Shown in pieces: positions 1 to 11,391 of a stretch of 64,000 nucleotides of DNA. The notes under the pieces were generated by a model. It did no database searches, had not been told where the DNA came from, and saw only the letters and a program-made list of their open reading frames with translations. Source of the stretch: Bacilli bacterium (GTDB lineage Bacteria > Bacillota_I > Bacilli_A > RF39 > UBA660); the NCBI GenBank assembly GCA_028693275.1, contig JAQUVS010000001.1:129206-193205 (forward strand), given 5' to 3'. Made by a program: the position numbers and the translations under genes. Each line of letters opens with the position of its first letter. The stretch's first letter is position 1.

Positions 1-381
1 TGGGTAGGTGGAGGAACTTACGGTGGACCAGTACCTAGAGATTATAGTAAAAAACAAAACCGTAAAGAAAGACGTTTAGCATTAAAGAGTGCTTTTGTTA
101 ATGTTGTTAACGAAGGAAACTTAGTAGTATTAGATGAATTAAAATTATCTACTCCTAAGACTAAAGATATGTTAAACATTCTTAAAAATCTTAAATTAGA
201 ATCTGCTAAAGTATTAGTTATAGTTAATGAATTAGATGAAAATGTAATTTTAGCTACTAGAAACTTAGAAAACGTAGTTTTAATTGAAGTTAATGAAATG
301 AATGTATTAGATTTATCAGTTGCTCATAAAGTATTAATTACTGAAGATGCACTTAAATCGATTGAGGAGGTGCTAATATAG
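1..381 (+). CDS. rplD: 50S ribosomal protein L4, C-terminal part (5' end outside window)
   Basis: Frame 1 is open from base 1 to TAA at 379-381. Sits immediately upstream of rplW in the canonical S10 operon order and the sequence is L4-like. Confidence 0.85.
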   Translation, partial: WVGGGTYGGPVPRDYSKKQNRKERRLALKSAFVNVVNEGNLVVLDELKLSTPKTKDMLNILKNLKLESAKVLVIVNELDENVILATRNLENVVLIEVNEMNVLDLSVAHKVLITEDALKSIEEVLI

Positions 382-382
382 T

Positions 383-664
383 ATGGATACTAAATATTTA
401 GAAATTATTAAAGCGCCAGTTATTACTGAAAAAAGTGGAATTCTTGCACAAGAAGGTAAATATGTATTTAAAGTTGATTCAAGATCAAACAAGACTGAAA
501 TTAAATTAGCTATTGAAAAAATATTTAACGTAAAAGTAAAAGAAATTCGTACTTTAAACGTAAAACCTAAGAAGAAAAGAGTTGGACGTTACAGCGGATT
601 AACAAATCGTTCTAAGAAAGCGTTTGTTACACTTGCTGAAGGTCAAACTATTGATCTTGGTTAG
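383..664 (+). CDS. rplW: 50S ribosomal protein L23
   Basis: 93 aa with conserved L23 sequence, in the S10 operon position. Confidence 0.95.
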   Translation: MDTKYLEIIKAPVITEKSGILAQEGKYVFKVDSRSNKTEIKLAIEKIFNVKVKEIRTLNVKPKKKRVGRYSGLTNRSKKAFVTLAEGQTIDLG

Positions 665-679
665 AAGGAGGGTTACAAC

Positions 680-1510
680 ATGGCAGTAAAAAATTATAAA
701 CCAAATACTAACGCTCAAAGAAAAATGAGTACTTTAGTTAATGTTGACATTACTAAAAAGACTCCAGAAAAGAGTTTAGTTGTTAGTTTAAGTAAAAACG
801 GTGGTCGTAACAATCAAGGTAGAATTACTGTAAGACACCAAGGTGGTGGAGCTAAGAGAAAATACAGAATTATTGATTTTAAGAGAAATAAATTTGATAT
901 TCCTGGTAAAGTAGCAAGTATTGAATACGATCCAAACAGAACTGCTAACATAGCTTTAATTAACTATGTTGATGGTGAAAAAAGATATATTATAGCTCCT
1001 AAGAAATTAGAAGTTGGAACTATGATAGCAAGTGGTGAAAATGTTGATATTAAAATTGGTAATGCATTACCTTTAATGAATATTCCAGTTGGGACAACAG
1101 TTCACAATATAGAACTTAGACCTGGTAAAGGTGGAGAATTAGCAAGATCTGCTGGTGCTTCTGCTCAAATACTTGGTCGTGAAGGTACTTACGTAATGGT
1201 AAGACTAGCAAGTGGAGAACAAAGAAAAATTCTTGGAACTTGTTATGCAACAATTGGTGAAGTTGGAAATGAAGATCACGAATTAGTTAAGATCGGTAAA
1301 GCTGGTCGTAAAAGACATATGGGTATTAGACCTACAGTTCGTGGTTCAGTTATGAACCCTAACGATCACCCACACGGTGGTGGTGAAGGACGTGCGCCAA
1401 TTGGTCGTAAAGGTCCAGTTACTCCTTGGGGTAAACCTGCACTTGGTCTTAAAACTCGTAAGAAAAAAACGTCTGACAAATTTATAGTACGTCGTCGTAA
1501 TAGTAAGTAA
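680..1510 (+). CDS. rplB: 50S ribosomal protein L2
   Basis: 276 aa with hallmark L2 motifs ([17 protein letters not shown]); GGAGG RBS upstream. Confidence 0.97.
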   Translation: MAVKNYKPNTNAQRKMSTLVNVDITKKTPEKSLVVSLSKNGGRNNQGRITVRHQGGGAKRKYRIIDFKRNKFDIPGKVASIEYDPNRTANIALINYVDGEKRYIIAPKKLEVGTMIASGENVDIKIGNALPLMNIPVGTTVHNIELRPGKGGELARSAGASAQILGREGTYVMVRLASGEQRKILGTCYATIGEVGNEDHELVKIGKAGRKRHMGIRPTVRGSVMNPNDHPHGGGEGRAPIGRKGPVTPWGKPALGLKTRKKKTSDKFIVRRRNSK

Positions 1511-1526
1511 GAAAGGATGAAGTAAA

Positions 1527-1799
1527 ATGGCAAGAAGTCTAAAAAAAGGACCTTATGTATTCGAAAGATTATTAACTAAGGTTGAAAAATTAAATGAATC
1601 TGGAAAAAAAGAAGTCATTAAAACTTGGTCACGCCGTTCAACAATTTATCCTGCATTTATTGGACACACATTTGCAGTTCATAATGGTAAAGAATTTATA
1701 CCTGTTTATGTTACTGAAGATATGGTTGGTCATAAATTAGGTGAGTTCTCTCAAACACGTAAGTTTGGTGGACACGGCGATGATAAAAAGAAAAAATAG
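1527..1799 (+). CDS. rpsS: 30S ribosomal protein S19
   Basis: 90 aa, MARSLKKGP start typical of S19. Confidence 0.95.
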   Translation: MARSLKKGPYVFERLLTKVEKLNESGKKEVIKTWSRRSTIYPAFIGHTFAVHNGKEFIPVYVTEDMVGHKLGEFSQTRKFGGHGDDKKKK

Positions 1800-1820
1800 T
1801 GACTAGGAGGGAATGAAAAT

Positions 1821-2153
1821 ATGGAAACAAGAGCAATAGCTAAAACTCTTAGAGTATCACCTATTAAAGCTAGATTAGTAATCGATTTAATTCGTGGTAA
1901 AAGTGTTAACGAAGCATTAGTAATTTTAAATAATACTAATAAAAAATCTTCTCTTCTTATCAAAAAAGTATTGAATTCTGCAATAGCTAACGCAGTTAAT
2001 AATAATGGAGCAGACGCTAATACTTTATTCGTTAAGGAAGCAAGAGTAGATGCAGGTCCAGTTATGAAAAGACATATGTTTGATTCACGTAGTCATATTG
2101 GACACAAAGATAAAAGAACAAGTCACATTGTAGTAGTTGTGGCAACAAGATAA
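1821..2153 (+). CDS. rplV: 50S ribosomal protein L22
   Basis: 110 aa L22-like sequence in operon order. Confidence 0.93.
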   Translation: METRAIAKTLRVSPIKARLVIDLIRGKSVNEALVILNNTNKKSSLLIKKVLNSAIANAVNNNGADANTLFVKEARVDAGPVMKRHMFDSRSHIGHKDKRTSHIVVVVATR

Positions 2154-2174
2154 TCTAATAAGGAGGGTTATATT

Positions 2175-2828
2175 ATGGGACAAAAGGTTAATCCTAATGG
2201 ACTAAGACTTGGAATCAATAAAGATTGGGATTCTAAATGGTATGCATCTAAAAAAGATTATTCAAAATTTTTAATTAACGATGTTAAGATTCGTGAATTT
2301 TTTGAAAAAAATAGTAAAGATGCAGGTATCGCTAAGATCCAAATCGAAAGAAATTCTAAGAGAACAGAAGTAATTATTCATACATCTAAACCTGGAGTTA
2401 TTATAGGTCACGGTGGAGAAGAAATAGAAAAAATGAAAAAAGCAATCGCTAAAGAAGTAAATGAAGAAATCAATATTTCTATAGTAGATATCAAAAAACC
2501 TGATATGAATGCTCAAATCGTTGCAAATTCAATAGCAAGTCAAATTGAAAATCGTGTATCATTTAGAATGGCACAAAAGAGAGCAATTAGAAATGCTATG
2601 AAATCTGGAGCAAAGGGTATTAAGACAATGGTATCAGGACGCCTTGGTGGAGCAGATATGGCTCGTAGCGAAGGTTATTCAGAAGGTACTACTCCTTTAC
2701 ATACATTAAGAGCAGATATCGATTATGCAACAGCAGAAGCTGATACAACATTCGGTAAAATTGGTGTTAAAGTATGGATATATAAAGGGGAAATACTTCC
2801 AACAAAAAAGGCTAAAGGAGGTAATTAA
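2175..2828 (+). CDS. rpsC: 30S ribosomal protein S3
   Basis: 217 aa, [13 protein letters not shown] start with a KH domain. Confidence 0.96.
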   Translation: MGQKVNPNGLRLGINKDWDSKWYASKKDYSKFLINDVKIREFFEKNSKDAGIAKIQIERNSKRTEVIIHTSKPGVIIGHGGEEIEKMKKAIAKEVNEEINISIVDIKKPDMNAQIVANSIASQIENRVSFRMAQKRAIRNAMKSGAKGIKTMVSGRLGGADMARSEGYSEGTTPLHTLRADIDYATAEADTTFGKIGVKVWIYKGEILPTKKAKGGN

Positions 2829-2830
2829 TT

Positions 2831-3262
2831 ATGTTAATACCATCAAGAACTAAATTCCGTCGTGTTCATAGATTACCTTACGAAGGTCGTGCTAAAGGTA
2901 ATAGAGAACTGGATAAAGGGGACTATGGACTAATGGCAAAAGAAGGTGCATGGATTACTGCTAATCAAATAGAAGCAGCCCGTGTAGCTATGACACGTTA
3001 TATGAAACGTGGTGGAAAAGTATGGGTAAACATATTTCCACATATGCCTTTAACAAAAAAACCTATCGGTACTCGTCAAGGTAAAGGTAAGGGTAATGTT
3101 GAGGCTTGGGTAGCAGTAGTTAAGGAAGGTAAGATTATGTTTGAAATAGCTGGTGTTGATGAAACAGTTGCTAGAGAAGCATTAAGACTTGCAGCTCATA
3201 AACTACCTATCAAAACAAAATTTGTAATAAGAGAAGATGGTGGTGAAAAAAATGAAGGTTAA
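2831..3262 (+). CDS. rplP: 50S ribosomal protein L16
   Basis: 143 aa, [14 protein letters not shown].. L16 signature. Confidence 0.96.
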   Translation: MLIPSRTKFRRVHRLPYEGRAKGNRELDKGDYGLMAKEGAWITANQIEAARVAMTRYMKRGGKVWVNIFPHMPLTKKPIGTRQGKGKGNVEAWVAVVKEGKIMFEIAGVDETVAREALRLAAHKLPIKTKFVIREDGGEKNEG

Positions 3263-3446
3263 AGAAATAAGAGAACTAACCACTGAAGAAATAGTAGCTA
3301 AAATTAAGGAAAGTAAGCAAGAGTTATTCAATTTACGTTTCCAACAAGCAACTGGTAATTTAGAAAAGCCTTCAAGAATAAGGGATTTAAGACACACTGT
3401 AGCACGTTTAAAAACTGTTCTACGTGAACGTGAATTAAATAAATAA
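3252..3446 (+). CDS. rpmC: 50S ribosomal protein L29
   Basis: [14 protein letters not shown].. L29 N-terminus. Start placed at the internal ATG at 3252 rather than the track start 3237; overlaps the rplP end as usual. Confidence 0.9.
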   Translation: MKVKEIRELTTEEIVAKIKESKQELFNLRFQQATGNLEKPSRIRDLRHTVARLKTVLRERELNK

Positions 3447-3460
3447 GGAGGATTATTTAT

Positions 3461-3721
3461 ATGAATGAATCAGTAAAAAAAGAACTAGTTGGAACTGTTG
3501 TTAGTTCATGCAACAACAAGACAATTACTGTTAGAGTTGAAACTTATAAAAAACATCCATTATATGGAAAGAGAGTTAGATATTCTAAGAAATATGCAGC
3601 GCATGATGAATCAAACAAAGCTAAAGTAGGAGATACAGTTAGAATAGTTGAGTGTAAACCAATTTCAAAAACTAAAAAATTCTATTTAGCAGAAATAGTA
3701 AAAGAAGCAGTTATTCTATAA
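3461..3721 (+). CDS. rpsQ: 30S ribosomal protein S17
   Basis: 86 aa S17-like sequence; GGAGG RBS. Confidence 0.94.
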   Translation: MNESVKKELVGTVVSSCNNKTITVRVETYKKHPLYGKRVRYSKKYAAHDESNKAKVGDTVRIVECKPISKTKKFYLAEIVKEAVIL

Positions 3722-3747
3722 CTCTTAGGTGAAGGAGGAAATGATTT

Positions 3748-4116
3748 ATGTTACAACAAGAAAGCCGTTTAAAGGTTGCTGACAATTCAGGTGCTAGAGA
3801 ACTACTAGTTATTCGTGTACTTGGTGGAAGTAAAGTAAAAACAGGAAATATCGGTGACATAGTTGTTGGTACAGTAAAAAATGCCACACCTAATGGAACT
3901 GTTGGAAAAAGCAAAGTAGTTAAAGCAGTTATCGTTAGAACTAGACAAGGCGTTCGTCGTGAAGATGGAAGTTATATCAAATTCGATGATAATGCGTGCG
4001 TAATTATTAAGGATGATAAGAGTCCTGTTGGAACTCGTATCTTTGGACCAGTAGCACGTGAACTTCGTGATAAAGATTTTATGAAGATAGTTTCTTTAGC
4101 TAAAGAAGTGCTATAG
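3748..4116 (+). CDS. rplN: 50S ribosomal protein L14
   Basis: 122 aa, [16 protein letters not shown].. L14 signature. Confidence 0.96.
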   Translation: MLQQESRLKVADNSGARELLVIRVLGGSKVKTGNIGDIVVGTVKNATPNGTVGKSKVVKAVIVRTRQGVRREDGSYIKFDDNACVIIKDDKSPVGTRIFGPVARELRDKDFMKIVSLAKEVL

Positions 4117-4127
4117 AGGAGGATATT

Positions 4128-4436
4128 ATGAAGTTAAAATTAAATGATAAAGTTGTAGTAATATCAGGTTCTAGTAAAGGTAAAGAAGGAAAAGTTATTA
4201 AGACTTTAAGAGATGAAAATAAAGTAATCGTTGAAGGTGTTAATATAATTAAAAAACATAAAAAAGGTAATGGACAAGAAACAGGAGGAATTCTAGAAGT
4301 AGAAGCTCCAATCCATGCTTCAAATGTTATGATAATTGATCCAAAAACTAAAAAAGGTACTAGAATTGGATATACAGTAGACAAAAATAATAAGAAAATA
4401 AGAATTTCAAAAAAATCAAATGAGAAAATTGATTAG
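4128..4436 (+). CDS. rplX: 50S ribosomal protein L24
   Basis: 102 aa with a KOW motif, in operon position. Confidence 0.93.
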   Translation: MKLKLNDKVVVISGSSKGKEGKVIKTLRDENKVIVEGVNIIKKHKKGNGQETGGILEVEAPIHASNVMIIDPKTKKGTRIGYTVDKNNKKIRISKKSNEKID

Positions 4437-4454
4437 TTGAAAGGAGGGTATAAT

Positions 4455-4994
4455 ATGAACCGCCTAAAAGAAAAATACTTAAATGAAGTAGTTCCAAACT
4501 TAATGAAAAAAAATGGTTATAATTCAAAAATGGAAGTTCCAAAGATTGAAAAGATAGTTATAAACATGGGTGTAGGTGATGCAACTAGTAATTCTAAATT
4601 AATAGATGCAGCAGTTAAAGATCTTGAAATAATCACAGGTCAAAAACCAGTTGTTACAAAAGCTAAGAAATCTATAGCAGGTTTCAAAGTTAGAGAAGGT
4701 CAATCAATCGGATGTAAAGTTACTTTAAGAGGAGAAAATATGTATAATTTTATGGATAAATTAGTATCTATAGCATTACCTCGTGTACGTGACTTTAGAG
4801 GAGTTTCTTCAAAAGCTTTCGATGGAAGAGGAAATTATACTTTAGGAATTAAAGAACAATTAATATTCTCTGAAATTGAATATGATAATATTGTTAAAGT
4901 TCGTGGTATGGATATAGTATTCGTAACAACAGCATTAACAAATGAAGAATCATTAGATTTATTAAGTGGACTTGGAATTCCTTTTAGAAAGTAA
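4455..4994 (+). CDS. rplE: 50S ribosomal protein L5
   Basis: L5 sequence. Start taken at ATG 4455 (MNRLKEKY) after a GGAGGG RBS; the track start 4437 is probably too far upstream. Confidence 0.93.
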   Translation: MNRLKEKYLNEVVPNLMKKNGYNSKMEVPKIEKIVINMGVGDATSNSKLIDAAVKDLEIITGQKPVVTKAKKSIAGFKVREGQSIGCKVTLRGENMYNFMDKLVSIALPRVRDFRGVSSKAFDGRGNYTLGIKEQLIFSEIEYDNIVKVRGMDIVFVTTALTNEESLDLLSGLGIPFRK

Positions 4995-5007
4995 TTGGAG
5001 GAAAATA

Positions 5008-5193
5008 ATGGCAAAGAAAAGTATGATTATAAAAGCTAATAAAGAGCAAAAATTCAAGGTACGTGAATATACACGTTGTGAAAAGTGCGGAAGACCACAT
5101 GCTGTTATGAGCAAGTTTGGGGTTTGCCGTATATGTTTTAGAGAATTAGCACATAAAGGACAAATACCAGGGGTTAGAAAATCTAGCTGGTAA
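5008..5193 (+). CDS. rpsN: 30S ribosomal protein S14 type Z (zinc-binding, 61 aa)
   Basis: [37 protein letters not shown]: CxxC..CxxC zinc-ribbon S14-Z. Start at ATG 5008 after GGAGG; the track ORF 4966 start lies inside the rplE 3' end. Confidence 0.92.
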   Translation: MAKKSMIIKANKEQKFKVREYTRCEKCGRPHAVMSKFGVCRICFRELAHKGQIPGVRKSSW

Positions 5194-5213
5194 TTTGGGA
5201 AGGAGGAGTTATT

Positions 5214-5615
5214 ATGGCTGTAGTAACAGATACAATCGCAGATATGCTTACAAGAATTCGTAATGCGAATCAAATGCGATACACTGAAGTTAAAGTCCCT
5301 GCTTCTAAATTGAAAATTGAACTTGCAAGAATTTTAAAAGAAGAAGGATTTATTAAGGACTATAAAGTGTTAACAGATACTGTTCAAGGAACAATAGTAT
5401 TAACATTAAAATATGGACACAATAAAGAAAGAGTAATTACAGGATTAAAACGTATTTCAAAACCTGGACTACGTGTTTATGCTAAAAATGATGAAGTACC
5501 TAAAGTATTAAATGGTTTAGGGATAGCAATCGTATCAACATCTAAAGGAGTTATGACTGATAAAGAAGCTCGTAAAGAAAATTTAGGTGGAGAAGTTTTA
5601 GCATTTATTTGGTAA
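5214..5615 (+). CDS. rpsH: 30S ribosomal protein S8
   Basis: 133 aa; the [15 protein letters not shown]8 signature. Confidence 0.96.
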   Translation: MAVVTDTIADMLTRIRNANQMRYTEVKVPASKLKIELARILKEEGFIKDYKVLTDTVQGTIVLTLKYGHNKERVITGLKRISKPGLRVYAKNDEVPKVLNGLGIAIVSTSKGVMTDKEARKENLGGEVLAFIW

Positions 5616-5642
5616 TACAACATTAAATAAGGAGGTGTCAAT

Positions 5643-6179
5643 ATGAGCCGTATAGGTTTAAGAAAAATAGTGATACCTGCAGGTGTTACTGTAACAAACG
5701 AAAATAGTGTTGTTACTGTTAAAGGACCTAAGGGAGAATTATCATTACAATTAGTAAAAAACATAAACATTGAAATTAATGAAAATGAAATTTCAGTTAC
5801 ACGTGCTAATGAAGAATTAAAGACTAAGGCAATGCATGGTACAACTAATGCAAACTTATCTAATTTAATCGTTGGAGTTACTGAAGGTTACAGCAAAGGA
5901 TTAGAAATAATCGGTGTTGGGTACCGTTTCACATTAAAAGGTGATGTTTTAGTTATAGCTGCTGGATATTCACATCCAGTAGAATTAGAAATACCAACTG
6001 GTTTAACAGTAGAATCAATTTCAAATACTGAAATAATCGTTAAAGGTATTGATAAAGTTTTAGTTGGTGAATTTGCAGCAAACATCAGAAAAGTAAGAAA
6101 ACCAGAACCATATAAAGGTAAGGGAATTCGTTACAAAAATGAAGTTGTTCGCCGTAAAGAAGGAAAAAAAGCTGCTTAA
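5643..6179 (+). CDS. rplF: 50S ribosomal protein L6
   Basis: 178 aa, MSRIGLRKIVIPAGV.. L6. Confidence 0.95.
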   Translation: MSRIGLRKIVIPAGVTVTNENSVVTVKGPKGELSLQLVKNINIEINENEISVTRANEELKTKAMHGTTNANLSNLIVGVTEGYSKGLEIIGVGYRFTLKGDVLVIAAGYSHPVELEIPTGLTVESISNTEIIVKGIDKVLVGEFAANIRKVRKPEPYKGKGIRYKNEVVRRKEGKKAA

Positions 6180-6205
6180 TATAAGTAGAAGGGAGAAGTT
6201 TACTT

Positions 6206-6556
6206 ATGATAAATAAAGTATCTCGTAATAAAATGCGTGTTGTTAGACATGAAAGAATTAGAAGTAAAGTTCATGGAACTACAGCAGTACCAAGACTTTC
6301 AATATTCAGATCAAACACTAACATTAGTGCGCAAATTATTGATGATGAAAATGCAGTAACATTAGTTAGCGCATCATCATTAAAAATGAAGAGTGGAAAC
6401 AATATCGAAACTGCTACTAAGGTAGGAGAAGCAATAGCTGAAGCTGCTTTAAAAGCTGGTATTAAGCAAGTTGTATTCGATAGAGGTGGATATCTTTATC
6501 ATGGACGTGTAAAAGCTTTAGCTGAAGCTGCACGTGAAAAAGGATTAGAATTCTAA
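6206..6556 (+). CDS. rplR: 50S ribosomal protein L18
   Basis: 116 aa; [18 protein letters not shown] matches the L18 family. Confidence 0.94.
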   Translation: MINKVSRNKMRVVRHERIRSKVHGTTAVPRLSIFRSNTNISAQIIDDENAVTLVSASSLKMKSGNNIETATKVGEAIAEAALKAGIKQVVFDRGGYLYHGRVKALAEAAREKGLEF

Positions 6557-6569
6557 TAGGAGGGTATTT

Positions 6570-7079
6570 ATGCAAAATAGAAATATGGATCCTAAACAAA
6601 AACAATTTGAAGAATTAGTAATTGAAGTTAAGTCAGTTGTTAAAGTTAACAAAGGTGGACGTCAAAGAAGATTCTCTGCTACAGTTGTTGTTGGGGATAG
6701 AAAAGGTCAAGTTGGATTAGGTATTGGTAAAGCAAATGAAGTACCTGATGCAATAAAGAAAGCATTACAAGCTGCTCAAAAGAATATAGTTAGAATTCCT
6801 CTAATTGATGAAAGAACTATTCAACATGATGCTGTAGGTATAGCAGGAGCTGCTAAGGTTATTATTAAACCTGCATCTGCTGGTACTGGTGTTATCGCTG
6901 GTGGTGCTGTTCGTGCTGTGTTAGAACTTGCAGGAGTTCGTGACATTTTATCTAAATCACTTGGTTCAAGAACTAAATTAAATATGGCTAACGCTACTAT
7001 CAATGCTCTTAAAAGCGTTAAATCTGTTGAGTCAGTTGCAAAATTAAGAGGAAAAACAGTAGAGGAGATAATAGGATAA
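6570..7079 (+). CDS. rpsE: 30S ribosomal protein S5
   Basis: 169 aa; [16 protein letters not shown]5 signature. Confidence 0.95.
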   Translation: MQNRNMDPKQKQFEELVIEVKSVVKVNKGGRQRRFSATVVVGDRKGQVGLGIGKANEVPDAIKKALQAAQKNIVRIPLIDERTIQHDAVGIAGAAKVIIKPASAGTGVIAGGAVRAVLELAGVRDILSKSLGSRTKLNMANATINALKSVKSVESVAKLRGKTVEEIIG

Positions 7080-7522
7080 TGAAGTTACATGAATTAGTAA
7101 AAAATGAAGGTGCTAAACAAGCTCGTAGAAGAGTTGGTCGTGGACCTGGAAGTGGTTTAGGAAAAACAAGTGGTAAAGGACATAAAGGACAAAACGCTCG
7201 TAGTGGTGGTGGAGTAAATCCAGTTTTTGAAGGTGGACAAATTCCATTGTACAGACGTTTACCTAAAAGAGGTTTTAGCAATGCAATGTTTAAAATCGAA
7301 TACGCAGTAGTCAATTTAAGTGATTTAAATATATTTGAAGAAGGAACAGTTGTTACTCCTGCTTTATTAAAAGAAACAGGATTAGTAAAAAAACAATTAT
7401 CAGGAATAAAAGTATTAGGGGAAGGAAGTCTTGAAAAGAAATTAACTATTCAAGCTAACAAGTTCTCTACTAGCGCCTTAGAAAAAATCGAAAAGTCAGG
7501 AAGTAAAGCTGAGGTGATCTAA
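7079..7522 (+). CDS. rplO: 50S ribosomal protein L15
   Basis: 147 aa Gly/Arg-rich N-terminus typical of L15. Its start overlaps the rpsE stop (TAATG), leaving no room for rpmD. Confidence 0.94.
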   Translation: MKLHELVKNEGAKQARRRVGRGPGSGLGKTSGKGHKGQNARSGGGVNPVFEGGQIPLYRRLPKRGFSNAMFKIEYAVVNLSDLNIFEEGTVVTPALLKETGLVKKQLSGIKVLGEGSLEKKLTIQANKFSTSALEKIEKSGSKAEVI

Positions 7523-7523
7523 T

Positions 7524-8816
7524 ATGTTTCAAACTATGAAACAAATATTTGCTCCAACAAATAAGGATCTTAGAAAAAGAATCTTATTTACATTGGCCGC
7601 ATTATTGATCTTTGTAGTTGGAACATCAATTAGGGTTCCAGGTACTCCGGATATTACAGGAAGCCTAGGTTTCTTGGAATTGATGAATGCTATGGGAGGA
7701 GGAGCCTTAAAGCAATTTTCTATATTTGCTTTAGGGGTTATGCCTTACATTACAGCATCTATCATAATGCAGTTATTGCAAATGGATATTATTCCTTATT
7801 TTAGTGAATTAAATAAACAAGGACCTGTCGGTAGACAAAAAATAAATCAAATAACTAGATATGCAGGTATAATTTTTGCCTTTATAGAAGGTTATGCATT
7901 CTCTTATGCATTTTTAGGAAATGGTGCTAGTGTAACATCGTTTGATCACATTTATGTGGCAACAATATTAACAGCTGGTACAGCATTCTTATTATGGTTA
8001 GGAGATCAAGTTACAAAAAAAGGTATAGGAAATGGTGTTTCACTATTAATCATGGCTGGTATTATTTCTACATTACCTACAATGTTTGTACAAGCATTTA
8101 ATGGACTTGTATTTAATTCAGCAATAAACCAAGTACTTGGAATAGTATTATTTGTACTATTTGTAATTGTATATTTTACAATTATCATAGGTGTAATTTG
8201 GGTTCAAGAAGCGGATAGAAAAATTCCAATTCAATATGCAAATAAAACAACATCTGCATATGGAGCTCAACAATCATTTATGCCAATAAAAATAAATTCA
8301 GCAAATGTAGTTCCAGTTATTTTTGCATCAAGCTTATTAGCTATACCTGCAACAATAGCTCAATTCATTAAAAATGATGGATTCACTACTTTTGTTAATA
8401 CTTATTTAACATATACAACACCAGTAGGATTTTTAATATATGTAGGATTGATATTCTTATTTGGATATTTTTATACATTTATTCAAATTAAACCTGAAGA
8501 ATTATCAAAGAACTTACAACAAAATGGAGGTTATGTTCCAGGAATAAGACCAGGTAAAGATACAGAAAACTATGTTAGTAAAGTTTTATCTAGATTAACA
8601 ATAGTTGGATCATCTTTCTTAGTTATTATTGCGGTTCTTCCAATATTATTTAGTGCTTTAGTTAATATGATTGATAAAGTTGAATTATCATCAAATGTAA
8701 CTATAGGTGGTACTGGATTATTAATAGTTGTTGGGGTAGCTCTTGAAACTTATAAACAACTTGAAGGTAGTTTACTAACAAGAAGTTATAAGAAAGGTTA
8801 CAGTAGAAGAAGATGA
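7524..8816 (+). CDS. secY: preprotein translocase subunit SecY
   Basis: 430 aa with 10 TM segments, in conserved spc operon position. Confidence 0.95.
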   Translation: MFQTMKQIFAPTNKDLRKRILFTLAALLIFVVGTSIRVPGTPDITGSLGFLELMNAMGGGALKQFSIFALGVMPYITASIIMQLLQMDIIPYFSELNKQGPVGRQKINQITRYAGIIFAFIEGYAFSYAFLGNGASVTSFDHIYVATILTAGTAFLLWLGDQVTKKGIGNGVSLLIMAGIISTLPTMFVQAFNGLVFNSAINQVLGIVLFVLFVIVYFTIIIGVIWVQEADRKIPIQYANKTTSAYGAQQSFMPIKINSANVVPVIFASSLLAIPATIAQFIKNDGFTTFVNTYLTYTTPVGFLIYVGLIFLFGYFYTFIQIKPEELSKNLQQNGGYVPGIRPGKDTENYVSKVLSRLTIVGSSFLVIIAVLPILFSALVNMIDKVELSSNVTIGGTGLLIVVGVALETYKQLEGSLLTRSYKKGYSRRR

Positions 8817-9466
8817 ATCTAATCTTGATTGCACCTCCTGCTGCTGGTAAAGGAACTCAATCTAAAATATTAGAAAAAGTATATGGTCTTGCTCACATAT
8901 CTACAGGGGATTTGCTTAGAGAAGCATCCTCTTTAGATGATGATCTAAGTATAAAACTTAGAGAAATACTTGCAAGTGGGCAATTAGTAAATGATGAAAT
9001 AGTATTAGAATTATTAAAAAGAAGAATATTACAAGAAGATTGTAATAATGGATACATTTTGGATGGTTTTCCAAGAAATGTAGAACAAGCAATGAAATAT
9101 GAAGAAATTCTTGCTGAAGTAAATAGAAAAAATGATTTTATAATTGTTTTAGATGTTGAAAAAGAGATTTTATTGCAAAGAATTACAGGCAGAAGAATTT
9201 GTAAAAATTGCGGTTCAATCTACAATGTTAATATTGAATCTTCAAAGCCTAAATCAGATATGATTTGTGATAATTGCGGTGGAACATTATATCAAAGAGA
9301 AGATGACAATGAACAATCTTTTATAAAAAGATATGATGAATATTTAGTTAAAACTAAACCACTAGTAGATTATTATTCTAAAGAAGGTAATTTGTATCAT
9401 ATTGATGCAAATCAATCTAGGGATGATATCACTTCACAAATTAAGTTAATTTTAGAAACGAGATGA
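8813..9466 (+). CDS. adk: adenylate kinase
   Basis: 217 aa; P-loop PPAAGKGTQ and a zinc lid CKNCGS..CDNCGG. Confidence 0.93.
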   Translation: MNLILIAPPAAGKGTQSKILEKVYGLAHISTGDLLREASSLDDDLSIKLREILASGQLVNDEIVLELLKRRILQEDCNNGYILDGFPRNVEQAMKYEEILAEVNRKNDFIIVLDVEKEILLQRITGRRICKNCGSIYNVNIESSKPKSDMICDNCGGTLYQREDDNEQSFIKRYDEYLVKTKPLVDYYSKEGNLYHIDANQSRDDITSQIKLILETR

Positions 9467-9470
9467 TTTA

Positions 9471-10217
9471 ATGGTAACAATAAAAAGTGATAGCGAAATT
9501 CAATTATTGAAAATAGCTGGGAATATTGTATATCGTACACATCAATATCTTAAACCATTTTTAAAAGAAGGAATTACAACAAAAGAGTTAGACAAACTAG
9601 CTGAGGACTTCATATTGGAGAATGATGCAACTCCTTCTTTTAAAGGATATGGTGGATTTCCTGGATCTATTTGTGCTAGTATCAATAATGAAGTAGTACA
9701 CGGGATTCCTGGAGATAGAAAATTAAAAACCGGTGATATTGTTTCAATAGATATTGGGGCTTGTTACAAAGGTTATCATGGAGATTCAGCTTGGACTTAT
9801 GCTGTTGGTGAGGTTAGTGAAGAAAAGAAATATCTTATGAAACATACTGAGGCAGCATTATTTGAAGGGTTAAATGAAGTGAAGGCTGGTAATAGAATTG
9901 GGGATATAGGTTTTGCAATTGAAAGTTATGCTAAGAAGCATAATCTTGCAGTAGTTAAAGAACTTGTTGGTCATGGAGTTGGAAGCAATTTACATGAATC
10001 TCCAGATGTTCCAAATTATGGAAATAAAGGAAAAGGTTTAGTCCTAAAAGAAGGAATGGTAATAGCAGTTGAACCAATGTTAAATCTTGGTACAGCAAAT
10101 ATTTTTATTCTTGATGATGATTGGACAATTATAACAGCAGATGAAAAACCATCAGCTCATTATGAGCATACAGTTGCTGTTACAAAAGATGGATACCAAA
10201 TTTTGACGGGAGAGTGA
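9471..10217 (+). CDS. map: type I methionine aminopeptidase
   Basis: 248 aa M24A sequence in the conserved adk-map-infA order. Confidence 0.93.
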   Translation: MVTIKSDSEIQLLKIAGNIVYRTHQYLKPFLKEGITTKELDKLAEDFILENDATPSFKGYGGFPGSICASINNEVVHGIPGDRKLKTGDIVSIDIGACYKGYHGDSAWTYAVGEVSEEKKYLMKHTEAALFEGLNEVKAGNRIGDIGFAIESYAKKHNLAVVKELVGHGVGSNLHESPDVPNYGNKGKGLVLKEGMVIAVEPMLNLGTANIFILDDDWTIITADEKPSAHYEHTVAVTKDGYQILTGE

Positions 10218-10221
10218 AAAG

Positions 10222-10437
10222 ATGGCAAAAGATGATACAATTGAGATAGACGGTAAAGTACTTGAAATAATCCCTGGTGGAAAATTTAAAGTACAACTTG
10301 AAAATGGACACATTGTAGAGGCTCACGTTTCTGGTAAAATACGAATGAATTACATTCGTATCTTACCGGGGGATACCGTAACAATAGAATTATCGCCTTA
10401 TGATTTAACACGTGGGCGTATAACCTATAGAAAATAA
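10222..10437 (+). CDS. infA: translation initiation factor IF-1
   Basis: 71 aa S1-like OB fold, MAKDD.. start. Confidence 0.95.
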   Translation: MAKDDTIEIDGKVLEIIPGGKFKVQLENGHIVEAHVSGKIRMNYIRILPGDTVTIELSPYDLTRGRITYRK

Positions 10438-10450
10438 TAGGAGGGATATT

Positions 10451-10564
10451 ATGAAACGTAAACCATCAGTAAAGAAAATTTGTTCTAAATGTAGAATAAT
10501 TAGAAGAAAAGGAAACGTAATGGTTATTTGTGAAAATCCAAAACACAAACAAAAACAAGGTTAA
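10451..10564 (+). CDS. rpmJ: 50S ribosomal protein L36
   Basis: 37 aa [37 protein letters not shown]. Not in the ORF track because it is under 60 aa; GGAGGG RBS upstream. Confidence 0.93.
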   Translation: MKRKPSVKKICSKCRIIRRKGNVMVICENPKHKQKQG

Positions 10565-10582
10565 TTGATAGGAGGGTATTAA

Positions 10583-10948
10583 ATGGCACGTATTAAAGGT
10601 GTAGACTTACCAAATGATAAGCAAGTTGAAATCGCTTTAACTTCAATCTATGGTATTGGTAGACAATTATCAAAACAAATTTTAAAAGCAGCAGATGTTG
10701 AAGCAAACAAAAAAGCTAGGGATTTAGATAATGATGAACAAGCTAGAATTCGTGATGAAATTTCTAAACATTTAGTTGAAGGAGATCTTCGTCGTGAAAT
10801 CAGTATGAATATTAAGACTAAAATGGAAATAAATTCATATGAAGGTTCTCGTCATAAAAAAGGATTACCAGTTAGAGGACAAAGAACAAGCAGAAATGCT
10901 CGTACTCGTAAAGGTAAAGGAAAAACTGTTGCTAATAAAAAGAAATAG
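10583..10948 (+). CDS. rpsM: 30S ribosomal protein S13
   Basis: 121 aa, [13 protein letters not shown].. S13. Confidence 0.95.
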   Translation: MARIKGVDLPNDKQVEIALTSIYGIGRQLSKQILKAADVEANKKARDLDNDEQARIRDEISKHLVEGDLRREISMNIKTKMEINSYEGSRHKKGLPVRGQRTSRNARTRKGKGKTVANKKK

Positions 10949-10985
10949 TTTAAGTTAAAATAAATTAAATTAAGGAGGTTAGACT

Positions 10986-11369
10986 ATGGCTTATAAAACT
11001 AGAAAAAGAAAAGTTAAGAAAAATGTTCCAGAAGGAGTAGCACATATTCATTCAACATTTAATAATACAATTACAACAATTACTGATAAAGAAGGAAATG
11101 CAATAAGCTGGGCAAGTTCTGGTGCAATCGGATTTAAAGGTAGTAAAAAATCAACACCATTTGCAGCTGGTATGGCTGCTGAAGCAGCTGGTAAAGCAGC
11201 TTATGATATTGGTATGAGAAAAGTAGATGTATTCGTTAAGGGTATGGGACCTGGACGTGAAACAGCAATTCGTTCATTACAAACTGCTGGTCTTGAAGTA
11301 GCTTCAATTACAGATGTTACTCCAATTCCACACAACGGATGTCGTCCACCAAAACGCCCTCGTGGGTAA
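10986..11369 (+). CDS. rpsK: 30S ribosomal protein S11
   Basis: 127 aa S11 sequence. Confidence 0.95.
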   Translation: MAYKTRKRKVKKNVPEGVAHIHSTFNNTITTITDKEGNAISWASSGAIGFKGSKKSTPFAAGMAAEAAGKAAYDIGMRKVDVFVKGMGPGRETAIRSLQTAGLEVASITDVTPIPHNGCRPPKRPRG

Positions 11370-11391
11370 TTAATAAAAGGAGGAAAGTTTC

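Noticed and set aside
1751-8188. Numerous antisense or short ORFs inside ribosomal-protein genes (for example 1751-1963, 2271-2516, 3203-3397, 3711-3914, 4100-4384, 5477-5770, 6821-7003, 7018-7314, 8006-8188)
   Set aside because: They lie opposite or out of frame to highly conserved ribosomal, secY and adk coding sequence and have no translation signals; they are artefacts of AT-rich sequence.
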